From NCBI GenBank assembly GCA_963675595.2, contig CAXXLZ010000002.1:4064001-4128000 (forward strand): a stretch of DNA of 64,000 nt. Reading direction: 5' to 3'. The DNA comes from Thermodesulfobacteriota bacterium. GTDB lineage: Bacteria; Desulfobacterota; Desulfarculia; JACQYL01. The stretch's first letter is position 1; the number at the start of each line of letters is the position of its first letter. A model generated the notes under the pieces. That model was not told the origin of the DNA. It searched no databases and saw only the letters and a list, made by a program, of their open reading frames with translations. The position numbers and the translations under genes were made by a program. Below, piece by piece: positions 17,040 to 26,936 of this stretch.

Positions 17040-18827
17040 ATGTTCCGAATCCGAAGAATTTTCGATGATTCCCTGGACGTGGATCGAGAAGCCATCCAAC
17101 AGGTCCGGGGAATCCTGAGAAACCAGTTCAGCCAAGTCAGCGTCAAGGAAATCGATAAGCTTCCCCAGCAGTTGCGGAATCCTCTGAAATATCGATTTCG
17201 GTCGATTCTTTTCGTGGCCGAAAAGAACAGGCATAAAGTCAGGGGCTTCGCTCTCCTCATGCATGCCCCGGACCTCAATTTCTGCTATCTGGATTTCATC
17301 TCGGTGGAACCCGGGAAAACGGGTGGAGGCGTTGGGGGAGCGCTCTACGAGCGGGTGAGGGAAGAGGCTTCCACACTGAATTCCAAAGGGCTGTTTTTCG
17401 AATGTCTGCCGGACGAACCGAACCTTTGTGGAATGCCTTCCCTGATACGGCAGAATCGTGCGCGCCTGAAGTTCTATGAGCGGTATGGCGCCCGGCCCAT
17501 CGTGAACACGGAGTACGAACTTCCCCTGAAGTCCGACGACACGTGTCCGCCTCATTTGGTTTTTGATCCTTTGGGGAAGCCGGCGCATCTTTCCAGGGAC
17601 GACGCCCGTAAGACCGTTCGCGCCATCCTGGAAAGAAAATACGGCGCCTATGCGCCTCCCGAGTATATCGACCGGGTCACGGAATCCTTCAAGGACGACC
17701 CGGTGCTTATCAGAGAGCCCAAATACGTAATCCATGAAAAGCCCTTGAGCGGCGGTTCCGTAAGATCGCTGGAACGGACCATCGCTCTGGTATTGACCGA
17801 CCAGCACGAGATTCACCATGTTCATGAACGCGGGTACGTGGAATCTCCGGTTCGAGTGCGTTCCATTCTAAAAGGGCTGGAAGGAATGGAACAAATGATC
17901 GATCGGATTCCCCCGCAACATTTTTCGGAACGGATCATCAAGGAGGTTCACGACGGGGCTTTTGTGGAATATCTCAAAAGGGTCTGCAACCGGATCGAGA
18001 AGGGTCGATCCGTGTACCCTTACGTGTTTCCCATTCGAAACGCGGCCAGGCCTCCCAAGGAACTTCCCATACGCGCCGGATATTATTGCATCGACACGTT
18101 CACGCCTTTGAACAAGCATGCCTACACGGCGGCCAAACGGGCGGTGGACTGCTCCCTGACCGCGGCGCGTGCCGTGCTTCAGGGTTATAGAACGGCTTAC
18201 GCCCTGGTGCGACCGCCCGGGCATCACGCAGAACGTAGATCCTTCGGGGGGTTCTGCTATTTCAACTCCGCGTCGGTGGCCGCTCAATTCCTTTCCGCTC
18301 ACGGGCGCGTAGCGGTGCTGGACATCGATTACCATCACGGCAACGGAACCCAGGACATTTTTTATAACCGTGCGGACGTGCTCACCGTATCGATTCACGG
18401 GGATCCCAGTTTCGCATACCCGTACTTCAGCGGGTTTCGCGATGAAAAAGGAGTGGGCAACGGCAGCGGGTTCAACGTGAACATCCCCCTGGACGAGGAA
18501 GTGGACGGAGAGAAGTACCGAAAATCTTTGAGTGGGGCGTTGAAGCGCATTAACGTCTTTCGTCCGAAATTTCTGGTGGTGAGCCTTGGGCTGGACACGG
18601 CCAAAGGGGACCCTACGGGCTCCTGGTCTCTGAGTCCGGAAGACTTCGAAAAGAACGGGCAAATGATCGGCGCAATGAGGATGCCCACACTGATCGTTCA
18701 GGAAGGCGGATACCGAATTCGCTCTCTTGGGGGCAATGCCAGGCATTTTTTTCTGGGTCTCATTCATGGGGCCGGAGCCCCGGTGACTGTTCCGGCTCGG
18801 AGCAGGACCGGACACGAGCAACTTTAG
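17040..18827 (+). CDS. GNAT domain fused to HDAC/acetylpolyamine amidohydrolase-family deacylase
   Basis: N-terminal GGVGGALY...RLKFYERYG (GNAT); C-terminal RPPGHHA, GGFCYFN, DIDYHHGNGTQ, SLGLD, QEGGY. Confidence 0.88.
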   Translation: MFRIRRIFDDSLDVDREAIQQVRGILRNQFSQVSVKEIDKLPQQLRNPLKYRFRSILFVAEKNRHKVRGFALLMHAPDLNFCYLDFISVEPGKTGGGVGGALYERVREEASTLNSKGLFFECLPDEPNLCGMPSLIRQNRARLKFYERYGARPIVNTEYELPLKSDDTCPPHLVFDPLGKPAHLSRDDARKTVRAILERKYGAYAPPEYIDRVTESFKDDPVLIREPKYVIHEKPLSGGSVRSLERTIALVLTDQHEIHHVHERGYVESPVRVRSILKGLEGMEQMIDRIPPQHFSERIIKEVHDGAFVEYLKRVCNRIEKGRSVYPYVFPIRNAARPPKELPIRAGYYCIDTFTPLNKHAYTAAKRAVDCSLTAARAVLQGYRTAYALVRPPGHHAERRSFGGFCYFNSASVAAQFLSAHGRVAVLDIDYHHGNGTQDIFYNRADVLTVSIHGDPSFAYPYFSGFRDEKGVGNGSGFNVNIPLDEEVDGEKYRKSLSGALKRINVFRPKFLVVSLGLDTAKGDPTGSWSLSPEDFEKNGQMIGAMRMPTLIVQEGGYRIRSLGGNARHFFLGLIHGAGAPVTVPARSRTGHEQL

Positions 18828-18850
18828 CAAGCATTCAGGACGGAAGATTC

Positions 18851-19390
18851 ATGGCGGCGTCAACTGCGGAGATCGCCTTTCGCGAACTCCACGGAGTTGA
18901 AGACATCCAAGCGATCGGACGGATCGTTGAATCCAGCGGACTTTTCTCATCGGAAGAAATACGGATTGCTCAGGAACTGGCTTCCGATCGCCTGCAGAAG
19001 GGGGAAGGGAGCGACTACCGGTTCGTAATAGTGGAGGAGCCTTCCGCGGGCGAGAGTCCGGGCCGCTCTAGAACACAGGGCTACTCCTGCTATGGTCCCG
19101 TGGCGGGAACGCTGTCCAGTTTCGATCTCTACTGGATCGCCGTGGACAAGGAACTTCAAGGCAAGGGGCTTGGGAGAATACTACTGGCCGCTACCGAAAA
19201 GCTCATTTGGGAAGAGGGGGGCTCCCGCATTTATGTCGAGACCTCCTCAACCGCGCCTTACGCCCCGACGCGGGCGTTCTATGAGAAGAACGGCTACGTG
19301 AAGGAAACGGTATTGGAGGATTTCTACCGACCCGGAGATTCCAAGGTGATTTACCTGAAAGTACGGGCCGCCGGCGGCGGGAAAGAGTGA
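18851..19390 (+). CDS. GNAT N-acetyltransferase
   Basis: DLYWIAV..LQGKGLG acetyl-CoA motif, ETSS...TRAFYEKNGY. Confidence 0.9.
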   Translation: MAASTAEIAFRELHGVEDIQAIGRIVESSGLFSSEEIRIAQELASDRLQKGEGSDYRFVIVEEPSAGESPGRSRTQGYSCYGPVAGTLSSFDLYWIAVDKELQGKGLGRILLAATEKLIWEEGGSRIYVETSSTAPYAPTRAFYEKNGYVKETVLEDFYRPGDSKVIYLKVRAAGGGKE

Positions 19391-19404
19391 CCGTTTCAGG
19401 GCAT

Positions 19405-19488
19405 GCATTCACGGGGGGAAGACTTTCGAGAAAGTCTTCCCCGTACCCCCGTTCAAAGCTACTCAAATAGGCCTCATCGCCTTCGCCG
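19405..19488 (+). repeat. REP-like palindromic repeat (family A) between convergent operons
   Basis: Hairpin GGGGAAGACTTTC-GA-GAAAGTCTTCCCC; about 84 bp similar to the reverse complement of 56266-56349. Confidence 0.8.
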
Positions 19489-19518
19489 TCGACGAATCAA
19501 GGCCGGCTCTTCCCGATT

Positions 19519-20466
19519 TCATTTTGCCGCCAAGTACCCTACATATCCCGAGTATAGACCCAGCAGAAGCCCTCCTTCCCATCGCTTCAATAAGAAACCG
19601 GTGCGAGCCAGAGGTAGGATCAGCACGGCCGAGAAGTTGAGCAACACCAAGTCCGCCACGCCGAATTCATGAACGGTCATGGGGTGGATGAGTGCTGCGA
19701 TCCCAAGAATTCCGAGGATATTGAAGACATTCGATCCGACCACGTTTCCCACCGATATATCCGCTTCACCGCGCATGGAAGCCACCAAGGAAGTGGCCAA
19801 TTCGGGAAGGCTGGTTCCCACGGCAACGATGGTCAGAGCGATGACGCTTTGACTGATGCCGAACCTGCCTGCCAGGTCGACCACTCCGACAACGAAAAAG
19901 TGCCCTCCCGCCGCGAGCAGGACGAATCCTCCGGCACAAAAGGCGGCTTCGACCCAGGGTGAGCGGCTCTGCGGGGCGGGGGCGGGCATTTCGAACTCCG
20001 GGGAGTTGTGGGAGCCTCCTCTCTTAGTGGACCGGACGTTAAAAACCGTGTAGGCCCCGAGGCCCATGGTTAGCAAGATTCCGTCGAAACGGCCGAGAAC
20101 CCCGTCCAGAAGCATGAGAGTGAGCCCGAGGGTCACCACGATAACAATGGGTAGCTGCATCCGAATTACGCTCAGGTCCACCGAAAGAGGGCGTAAGACC
20201 GCCGACAGCCCCAAAATCAGGGTGATATTGCAGATATTGGACCCGATGATGTTTCCCAGGGCGATGACGCCGTTGCCGTCGAGCGAAGCCTTCAGGCTCA
20301 CCACCAACTCCGGGCTGCTGGTACCGAAGGAAACGATGGTGAGCCCCACAACCAGTCGTGTGAGCCCCATGCGGAGGGCCAGAGAGGCGCTGCCGCGGAC
20401 CAGCCATTCCGCGCCCAGATACAAGGACGCGATTCCCATCGCGACCTGCAAGGCCGTAACCGCCAT
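19519..20466 (-). CDS. Ca2+/Na+ (CaCA, YrbG-like) antiporter
   Basis: Two alpha repeats GTSSPEL...GNIIGSN and GTSLPEL...GNVVGSN. Confidence 0.92.
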   Translation of the reverse strand: MAVTALQVAMGIASLYLGAEWLVRGSASLALRMGLTRLVVGLTIVSFGTSSPELVVSLKASLDGNGVIALGNIIGSNICNITLILGLSAVLRPLSVDLSVIRMQLPIVIVVTLGLTLMLLDGVLGRFDGILLTMGLGAYTVFNVRSTKRGGSHNSPEFEMPAPAPQSRSPWVEAAFCAGGFVLLAAGGHFFVVGVVDLAGRFGISQSVIALTIVAVGTSLPELATSLVASMRGEADISVGNVVGSNVFNILGILGIAALIHPMTVHEFGVADLVLLNFSAVLILPLARTGFLLKRWEGGLLLGLYSGYVGYLAAK

Positions 20467-20617
20467 TGACGAGTCCTTCGGTGAAGCATGCGAAGCGGTC
20501 ATCCGTGGTAGGGCGTTGATCGTTCGTGCGGAGACCGCTTAGTTGAGTTTGTTCGCACGATTCTTTCGGTTCATGCAATCGTTGCACGGAATGGTCGCGA
20601 ATCCAACCGGCCGGTTC

Positions 20618-22048
20618 TTATCCGTTGGGTGAAACCTTCACTTCGACTTCCACGTCCGGCCACCTTTTTTCTACGGACTGCATGCTGGGCGGGGCTACGA
20701 TCTTGCAGAAAAGAATCGTATCTTCCGTGATTCCGTCCAGATAAATGGGCGTCGTCATCACTGCCAGCCCTTTTGTCTTCTTTTCGGTTTCCGGGGTCAG
20801 CACTTTCACCGACTCAGGATTGAGCCGGATGGAAACCAACTTCAGCCCCGGAGGCAGCTTTCCCAAGACCTGGGCGTGCACCGGGATTTCCTTTTCAATG
20901 ATCTCGCTGAAAGAAAGGGTCACCGACGCCGGTTCGGCGTCCAGTAAGTTGACTCCTCTGGGTAGGTTGATGTTCCTCTCGGTGATGATGAAGGTCTGTT
21001 TGCCGGCCGCGATCTTGGACAGGTCGATGCGTACGCTCAGGTCCGAAGGCTCCAGTCCGTCCAGTTCCGACTTGGGTCCGGCCAGGTGCACGTCGACCTT
21101 ATTGGGTCGATCACCCACCATCACTACGTTTTGAGGGGTTGCCACGAACTCGATGGGAACGGACAATCCTTTCTCACGAATCTCCCCCCCGGAGATGACC
21201 ACGGTGTACCAGAACACAAAGGCCACCATCAGGCTGACGCAGAATTGATAGACCAAAGGCGCTTTACGGGGACCGGAAGGCCTCATGGTGGCGGCATCCT
21301 TCCAGTGATCCGTGATCCATGATCTGAGGGACGGGGTATCCAATACGGGAGAAAATTTGCCGTCCCGGAAGGCGGTTACGGCCCCCCTTTCCTCGGACAC
21401 GGCGATGACCAGGGCGTCGCAGACTTCGGCGAGCCCCATGGCGGCATGGTGCCGGACCCCGAGCTCTCTCGGAAGCAGCCCGCTCTTCGAAACCGGAAGC
21501 CGTCCTGCAAAAGATACCACCTTGCCGCCGTCGATGACCACGGCGCCGTCATGGCCCGGCGAATGGGGATCGAAGAGGCTGACGAGCAAAGGAGAGCTGA
21601 AGGAGGCATTCAGTGCGAATCCTCCCGCGACCCATTGCTTGGTGGACTCTCTGCCGGGAAGCACGATGATGGCGCCCCATTTTCTGCGCGCGAGGGAAAA
21701 GACGACGTCGGCAAGGGCCGGAGCAAGTCCGTCGCTGCCGGCCTGCCTCTCCTTTCCGCCCAAGGAGGCCGCACGTTCGAAAAGCTTACGAATCTCCGGC
21801 TGGAAAATCACGATGAACCCGATCACGGCAACGTGGCTCAGATTCGAGTAAATCCAGCGGACTCCCCGGAAGTCGAACACGTTGGCCAGAATGAATACCG
21901 CCGCGGCGACCAGGGTGCCGTAAAGAATCTTCCATGTTCCCAGACGCCTGAGCGTTCGGTAGGACAAGAGGACCAGAGCCGCGATGATAAAATTGTCCAC
22001 GAGGGCCCGAAACGTGAGAAGCTCTTTGAGAACCTCAAAGGTGAACGT
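20618..22048 (-). CDS. Membrane diadenylate cyclase (CdaA-like) fused to YbbR/CdaR domain
   Basis: TM helices, IVIFQPEIR, HDGA and GVRHHAA motifs, VSEERG, then TM plus YbbR-like repeats; start ACG 22048 (good SD) or GTG 22000. Confidence 0.85.
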   Translation of the reverse strand, partial: TFTFEVLKELLTFRALVDNFIIAALVLLSYRTLRRLGTWKILYGTLVAAAVFILANVFDFRGVRWIYSNLSHVAVIGFIVIFQPEIRKLFERAASLGGKERQAGSDGLAPALADVVFSLARRKWGAIIVLPGRESTKQWVAGGFALNASFSSPLLVSLFDPHSPGHDGAVVIDGGKVVSFAGRLPVSKSGLLPRELGVRHHAAMGLAEVCDALVIAVSEERGAVTAFRDGKFSPVLDTPSLRSWITDHWKDAATMRPSGPRKAPLVYQFCVSLMVAFVFWYTVVISGGEIREKGLSVPIEFVATPQNVVMVGDRPNKVDVHLAGPKSELDGLEPSDLSVRIDLSKIAAGKQTFIITERNINLPRGVNLLDAEPASVTLSFSEIIEKEIPVHAQVLGKLPPGLKLVSIRLNPESVKVLTPETEKKTKGLAVMTTPIYLDGITEDTILFCKIVAPPSMQSVEKRWPDVEVEVKVSPNG

Positions 22049-22266
22049 AGGCCGCTCCTTTCAGTGGGCGGGGAGTTGTGTGTTTGCCGGAATGGGATCG
22101 GTGCCTTTTCATGGAGACGATTTCCCCGAACAAGTGTGGCTTGTTCACACGCCCGCCCGCGGCGGACCTTTGCTCGGCATGGCCTCAACGTCGATTTTGA
22201 ACAATGCCGAGTGCGTGTGGTTTAATGAAACAAATCCGGGGGCGAACCGGTCGAATCCCCTAATTG

Positions 22267-22926
22267 TTATCGCAACCCTTTGATCTTTTTGATGTCCTCG
22301 GTTTTTCCCAACATGATGAGGATGTCGCTGTCCTTGATGACAAAGTCGGCCGGCGGTGCGAGGACGAGCCCTTCGGGCACCAGTTCTTTAACGGCGATAA
22401 CGTGAACGTTGTACTTGGCCCTCAGGTGCAAATCCCGCAGGCTTTTCCCGGTGAAATCTTTGGGCGGCCCGACTTGTATCAGGTCGAAGTCTTCGGACAG
22501 AGGAATGAAATCCAGTACGTTGGGAGTGGACAGCCCTCGAGCCACGCGCATCGCCATGTCTCTTTCCGGATGAATGACTTCGGTGGCGCCCACCTTCTTC
22601 AGAATTTTTTCATGATCTTCGTCCAATGCCTTGGCCAATATTCGTTTGATCCCCATCTCTTGCAGGTAGAGGCATATGAGAATGCTCGTACTGATCCGGG
22701 TTCCGGTGGAGACGATGACCGCGTCCATGACCTCGAGACCAAGAGCCTTCATGGCATCTTTGTCCGTGGCGTCCAGCACAACGGCTTCGGTGCAGTGGGG
22801 GTCTACGGCCTGAATCCGGTTCTTGTCGTAGTCGATGGCCACGGTTTCATGCCCTTCCTCGTACAAAGCCCGGGCCACATGGAAACCGAAATTCCCCAAT
22901 CCGATCACGGCAAATCGTTTCATCAC
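22267..22926 (-). CDS. ktrA: KtrA/KtrC-type RCK regulatory subunit of K+ uptake
   Basis: GLGNFG Rossmann motif, HPERDMA, RCK_C GKSLRDLHLRAKYNV. Confidence 0.88.
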   Translation of the reverse strand: MMKRFAVIGLGNFGFHVARALYEEGHETVAIDYDKNRIQAVDPHCTEAVVLDATDKDAMKALGLEVMDAVIVSTGTRISTSILICLYLQEMGIKRILAKALDEDHEKILKKVGATEVIHPERDMAMRVARGLSTPNVLDFIPLSEDFDLIQVGPPKDFTGKSLRDLHLRAKYNVHVIAVKELVPEGLVLAPPADFVIKDSDILIMLGKTEDIKKIKGLR

Positions 22927-22935
22927 CTTCCCCTT

Positions 22936-24321
22936 TCAACCAATCATCATGTTTTCTTCCGCGTATTCCACTCCGCCTGTGACTCCCCCTCCAACCAGGA
23001 TGTAGGAGAAAGTCAGCACGCCCACACGACCGATCATCATAAGCAGGATGATCCAAAGCTTGCCCCAGTTTCCCAACTCTCCCGTTGTTCCCGTGGAGAG
23101 GCCTACGGTTCCGAAAGCGGACGCGGTCTCGAACAGGTAGGAAAGGAACTCCCTTTGGCGGGACGGTTGTATGGAGAGGTCCCACACGTGTTCAAGCAAC
23201 AGCATGAACGACACCAGCCCAACGATGGCTATGGAAACCAGGATGAGGGAGTAGCTTTTGGATACGGTTTCCACCGGGATGCTTTTTCTGAAAAGGTTCA
23301 CCCTCTTTCTTCTGCGAATTCTGGTCCAAGTCGAGGTGCACACCAAGGCGAGGGTTGTGGTCTTCACTCCTCCGCCGCAAGACCCGGGAGACGCTCCAAA
23401 AAACATGAGGACGATAAACACGAGAAGGGTGGCGTCGTGCAGCCCGGCGATGTCTACGGTGTTGAAACCCGCGGTTCGGCAGGTGATCGATTGGAAAACG
23501 GACACCAGAATCCGCTCATGAATCGGGGCGTTCAGAAGAGCCCCTTCCGCCTCCAGAAGCTGGAAGAGAACCGCGCCTCCCAAAATAAGCACTCCCGTTG
23601 TGACCAGCACCGTCTTGCTCTGGACCGACAGCCTCGGCCGGTTCGGACCCTTGTGAGTCGCGTACAGAAAAAGCTCGTAGATCAGTGGAAACCCGATGCC
23701 GCCCAAGACGATTAAACCGCAAATCGTAAGATTGAGAGGCAAGTTCCCGCTGTCCGCGGTGAGACTGTTATGGAACAGAGAGAAGCCCGCGTTACAGAAA
23801 GCGGAGATGGAGTGGAACAGGGAGAGGTAGAGGGCTTTGCCCCAGGAATATTGTCCCTGCCAGTGAAGAAAAAGAAAGACGGTGCCCAATATCTCCGTTG
23901 CGGCGGTAAACAGGAAGATGGTCTTTACCAATTTCAGAATGTCTTCTCGGGGGGTGTGAGCGAAGACTTCCTGAAGGACCCTGCGGTGACGAAAAGAGAT
24001 TGAACGGCCGAGCACACCGAAAAGAATCACCGAAACGGTCATGACTCCCAGTCCGCCGATCTGTATCAGAACGAGAATCACGTTTTGTCCGAATCCGGTG
24101 AAATAAGTTCCCGTGTCCAAGACCGTCAATCCGGTCACGCAGACTGCCGATGTGGCCGTGAACAGGGCATCCACAAGGGATATGGCCCCGCTTGTCGTGG
24201 CCGCGGGCAACAGCAGAAGACCGAATCCGGCGAGAATCAATGCGGCGAAGCTGGAAAAGATCAGCAGCGCAGGATGCATCCTGAGCAATCTTGGAGCCGG
24301 AGATTTCGAAACCGCGCTCAT
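22936..24321 (-). CDS. ktrB: KtrB/TrkH-family K+ translocating subunit
   Basis: Four pore loops CVTGL, CNAGF, RTAGF, GTVGL; GASPGSCGGGVKTTT. Confidence 0.9.
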   Translation of the reverse strand: MSAVSKSPAPRLLRMHPALLIFSSFAALILAGFGLLLLPAATTSGAISLVDALFTATSAVCVTGLTVLDTGTYFTGFGQNVILVLIQIGGLGVMTVSVILFGVLGRSISFRHRRVLQEVFAHTPREDILKLVKTIFLFTAATEILGTVFLFLHWQGQYSWGKALYLSLFHSISAFCNAGFSLFHNSLTADSGNLPLNLTICGLIVLGGIGFPLIYELFLYATHKGPNRPRLSVQSKTVLVTTGVLILGGAVLFQLLEAEGALLNAPIHERILVSVFQSITCRTAGFNTVDIAGLHDATLLVFIVLMFFGASPGSCGGGVKTTTLALVCTSTWTRIRRRKRVNLFRKSIPVETVSKSYSLILVSIAIVGLVSFMLLLEHVWDLSIQPSRQREFLSYLFETASAFGTVGLSTGTTGELGNWGKLWIILLMMIGRVGVLTFSYILVGGGVTGGVEYAEENMMIG

Positions 24322-24520
24322 AGTACTTTGAATACTCCTGATTTGGCCGGTTAAATGGATAGGGACATGGTGCGGGAAAATGCTCCGACTTTCAAAGCCC
24401 GGCGTCTATGCCTTGGGCGAAATGTCGGGGCTGAATGAGTCCAACCGCCTCGGGCCCGATGGGACGTGGAACCTCCATATCTGTCGCGATCCGTGGGTCA
24501 TGATGATCCCGCTTCAGCAG

Positions 24521-26071
24521 TTATGGCTCTCCCAAGTTGGTACCGCCGTGTTGGGCCCGCATTTCTTTCGATCGACAGAGGTATCCAGCCGATATCTTCC
24601 AAACGTCCGATCCTATCTTTGCGAAGCCCACTAGAATCACGAGGAATTCAAGCCTGCCGAGGAACATGCCGATGATCTCGGCCCAAAGAACCCCGACGGG
24701 GGCCTGCGCGGAAGTGACGCCCAAAGATAGCCCCACCGTTCCCACGGCGGAAGCGAACTCAAACAGGGATTCTTTGAATCCGTATCCGTGCGCGGCCAGA
24801 ATCATGCCGCCCAGGAACCAGGTCATCAGATAAAGAAATACGAATACTCCTACCTGCCTTACGCGCAGATCGCTCAGATAGATTCGCTCTTCCCCCTGCC
24901 ATATGGACTGGGCCGCGACGGCGTTCCGCGGTACGAACGCTTTCCTGATTTCCCAAATAAGGGACATGACCAGCGTGTGTATCCGGTACTGCTTGATCCC
25001 CCCTGCGGTCGAGCATGTACCGCCTCCCACAAGCATCAGACCGACAAGCAGCAGAAGTCCGAACCCGTTCCAGTTTTCATAGTCGACCGTTGTGAAACCC
25101 GTCGAAGTGAGTGCGGCAACAGTCTCAAAAACGGCAACACGGAGGTCCTTTGCCAAGCTCGGATACAGCCCTCGGCAAGTCAGCAACCAGACGGAAGCGA
25201 TGGCCGCGGGAAGGAGAAACGCCAGAAGATGGAGTTCTCCGTTCTTGAACACCGGACGGAACCTTCCGCGCAACAGCAACCAGGCGGTCGAAAAGCTGAG
25301 ACTGCCCAGGAGCATCAGAGGGATGGTTACGGCCTCAATAGCAGGTGAATCCCAAAAGCCGATGCTCTGGGGACGAGTGGAAAAGCCTCCGGTGGACAAA
25401 GCGGCGAAGCCGTGATTGACGGCGTCGAAAGTGGACATGCCGGAGAGTCGAAGCGCTGCGATGCCTACCACGGCATAGCCGACATAAATGGTGGTAACAA
25501 GCTTGGCCGAGCGGCGGACACTCGGGACCAGCAGTTCACCGCGGCCTTCGGCCGTGGACAGGCCGGGACCGGGAGGACCGGTGATGGCGGAAAGCATGAT
25601 GATGGCAAGCCCCGCTCCTCCTGCGAATTGCATGATACTTCTCCAGAGAAGGATCGCATGGCCGGCGTTGGTTATGTCCACTACGGAGAGCCCGGTTGTC
25701 GTCCACCCGCTGACGGATTCGAACAGGGCGTTCGTAAAATCGATATCCAGAGAATACATGAAAGGATAGGCGGAGAACAGGAAGACAAGGCACCAGCTCA
25801 GCAGGACAATGACGCCGCCTTCCTGCACGGTGAGTGCGTCCGACGATTGAGGCCGGAGCGTTTTCCACAACAGGATGCCGCCGAGAACTAGGGTTAGGGC
25901 CGGAGCGAGAAAGCCGAAAGCGTATACCCGCTCCTCGGGCCGGATCAGCAGAACCGTGAGTGGAGTGAGCATGAGCAGTCCGCAAAGCGCCAGGATGATT
26001 CCTGTGTAGGAAAGGATGCACCGGTAATTCCGGATGAGCTCTTCCGCCTCTCGAACGATCCCGGATTTCAT
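24521..26071 (-). CDS. trkH: TrkH K+ uptake membrane protein
   Basis: Pore loops TTTGL, STGGF, TSTGF, GTVGL; STAGGIK; MFLGRLE. Confidence 0.9.
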   Translation of the reverse strand: MKSGIVREAEELIRNYRCILSYTGIILALCGLLMLTPLTVLLIRPEERVYAFGFLAPALTLVLGGILLWKTLRPQSSDALTVQEGGVIVLLSWCLVFLFSAYPFMYSLDIDFTNALFESVSGWTTTGLSVVDITNAGHAILLWRSIMQFAGGAGLAIIMLSAITGPPGPGLSTAEGRGELLVPSVRRSAKLVTTIYVGYAVVGIAALRLSGMSTFDAVNHGFAALSTGGFSTRPQSIGFWDSPAIEAVTIPLMLLGSLSFSTAWLLLRGRFRPVFKNGELHLLAFLLPAAIASVWLLTCRGLYPSLAKDLRVAVFETVAALTSTGFTTVDYENWNGFGLLLLVGLMLVGGGTCSTAGGIKQYRIHTLVMSLIWEIRKAFVPRNAVAAQSIWQGEERIYLSDLRVRQVGVFVFLYLMTWFLGGMILAAHGYGFKESLFEFASAVGTVGLSLGVTSAQAPVGVLWAEIIGMFLGRLEFLVILVGFAKIGSDVWKISAGYLCRSKEMRAQHGGTNLGEP

Positions 26072-26279
26072 GGCAGATGCGTGGCCGTCGGTATGGATTT
26101 CAGCGATCTCACCGGACTACCGCAATCGGTGGTGAACGAGTGTACGAAGCCGCCCCTTGCCGGGGAAATCGCCGCTTTCAGGAAACGGTCTTGCCCGTTC
26201 ACCCCATCCGTTGACGGGAGGGCTTGTCCGGTTTGCGAAAAGAAGCGTGGTTGTCGAATGGAACTCATGGTTCGTGAGG

Positions 26280-26936
26280 TCATTTCCCCGTGAAAATACT
26301 CAACACGGGGCCGTGGTTTTCCGGGAGAGTGATCAATACAAGGCGGTCGCCGGCCAGCAGCCTGCTCGGTCCCCTGGGCACGATGGGTTCTCCGTCTCGC
26401 ACGATGACTCCCACCAAGGCGTTTTCAGGTAGAACGATTTCGTAAAGATGTTTTCCCACCACAGGGGACGTGGATCGCAGCACGAGCTCCGTGATATTGA
26501 CCTTGCCCTCGCTCGCGGGAATCAGATTCGTGACTTCTTCAAGAGAGGCGCGCTGAGCGATCAGACGGCTGATGATTTGGGTTGTGGAAAAACAGGTAAC
26601 CCCAAGCTTCTTGAATATTTGTTCGTTTTCCGGATCATTGACCAAAGCTACCGCCCTGGGCACCTCGAATAGGATCGAAGCCAACTGGCAGGCAACGAGA
26701 TTGTCCTGGTCATTGGGGAGCGCCGAGATAAGAATATCCGCTCCCGTTGCCCCGGCCTCCTTCAGCAGACGAGGGTCGCTGCCGTCCCCATGGACGACGG
26801 CGGCGTTCATCCTCTTTGAGAATCGGACGCATTCTTCGAGAATGGGATTGATGATCGTAACGGAGTACCCTTTGGCGAGATATTCTTTGGAGAGAAAGTA
26901 AGCCGGCTTCCCTTGTCCGATGACAATCACTTTCAT
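26280..26936 (-). CDS. trkA: TrkA-type RCK protein (N and C domains)
   Basis: HGDGS, DQDNL, SPVVGK..I.LP...G..LLAGD; ATGA coupling to the upstream gene. Confidence 0.85.
   Translation of the reverse strand: MKVIVIGQGKPAYFLSKEYLAKGYSVTIINPILEECVRFSKRMNAAVVHGDGSDPRLLKEAGATGADILISALPNDQDNLVACQLASILFEVPRAVALVNDPENEQIFKKLGVTCFSTTQIISRLIAQRASLEEVTNLIPASEGKVNITELVLRSTSPVVGKHLYEIVLPENALVGVIVRDGEPIVPRGPSRLLAGDRLVLITLPENHGPVLSIFTGK

Noticed and set aside
22264-23715. 483-aa plus-strand ORF and similar long antisense ORFs (17868-18830, 31028-32008, 59047-60357)
   Set aside because: They lie opposite well-supported genes, as expected in high-GC coding DNA.
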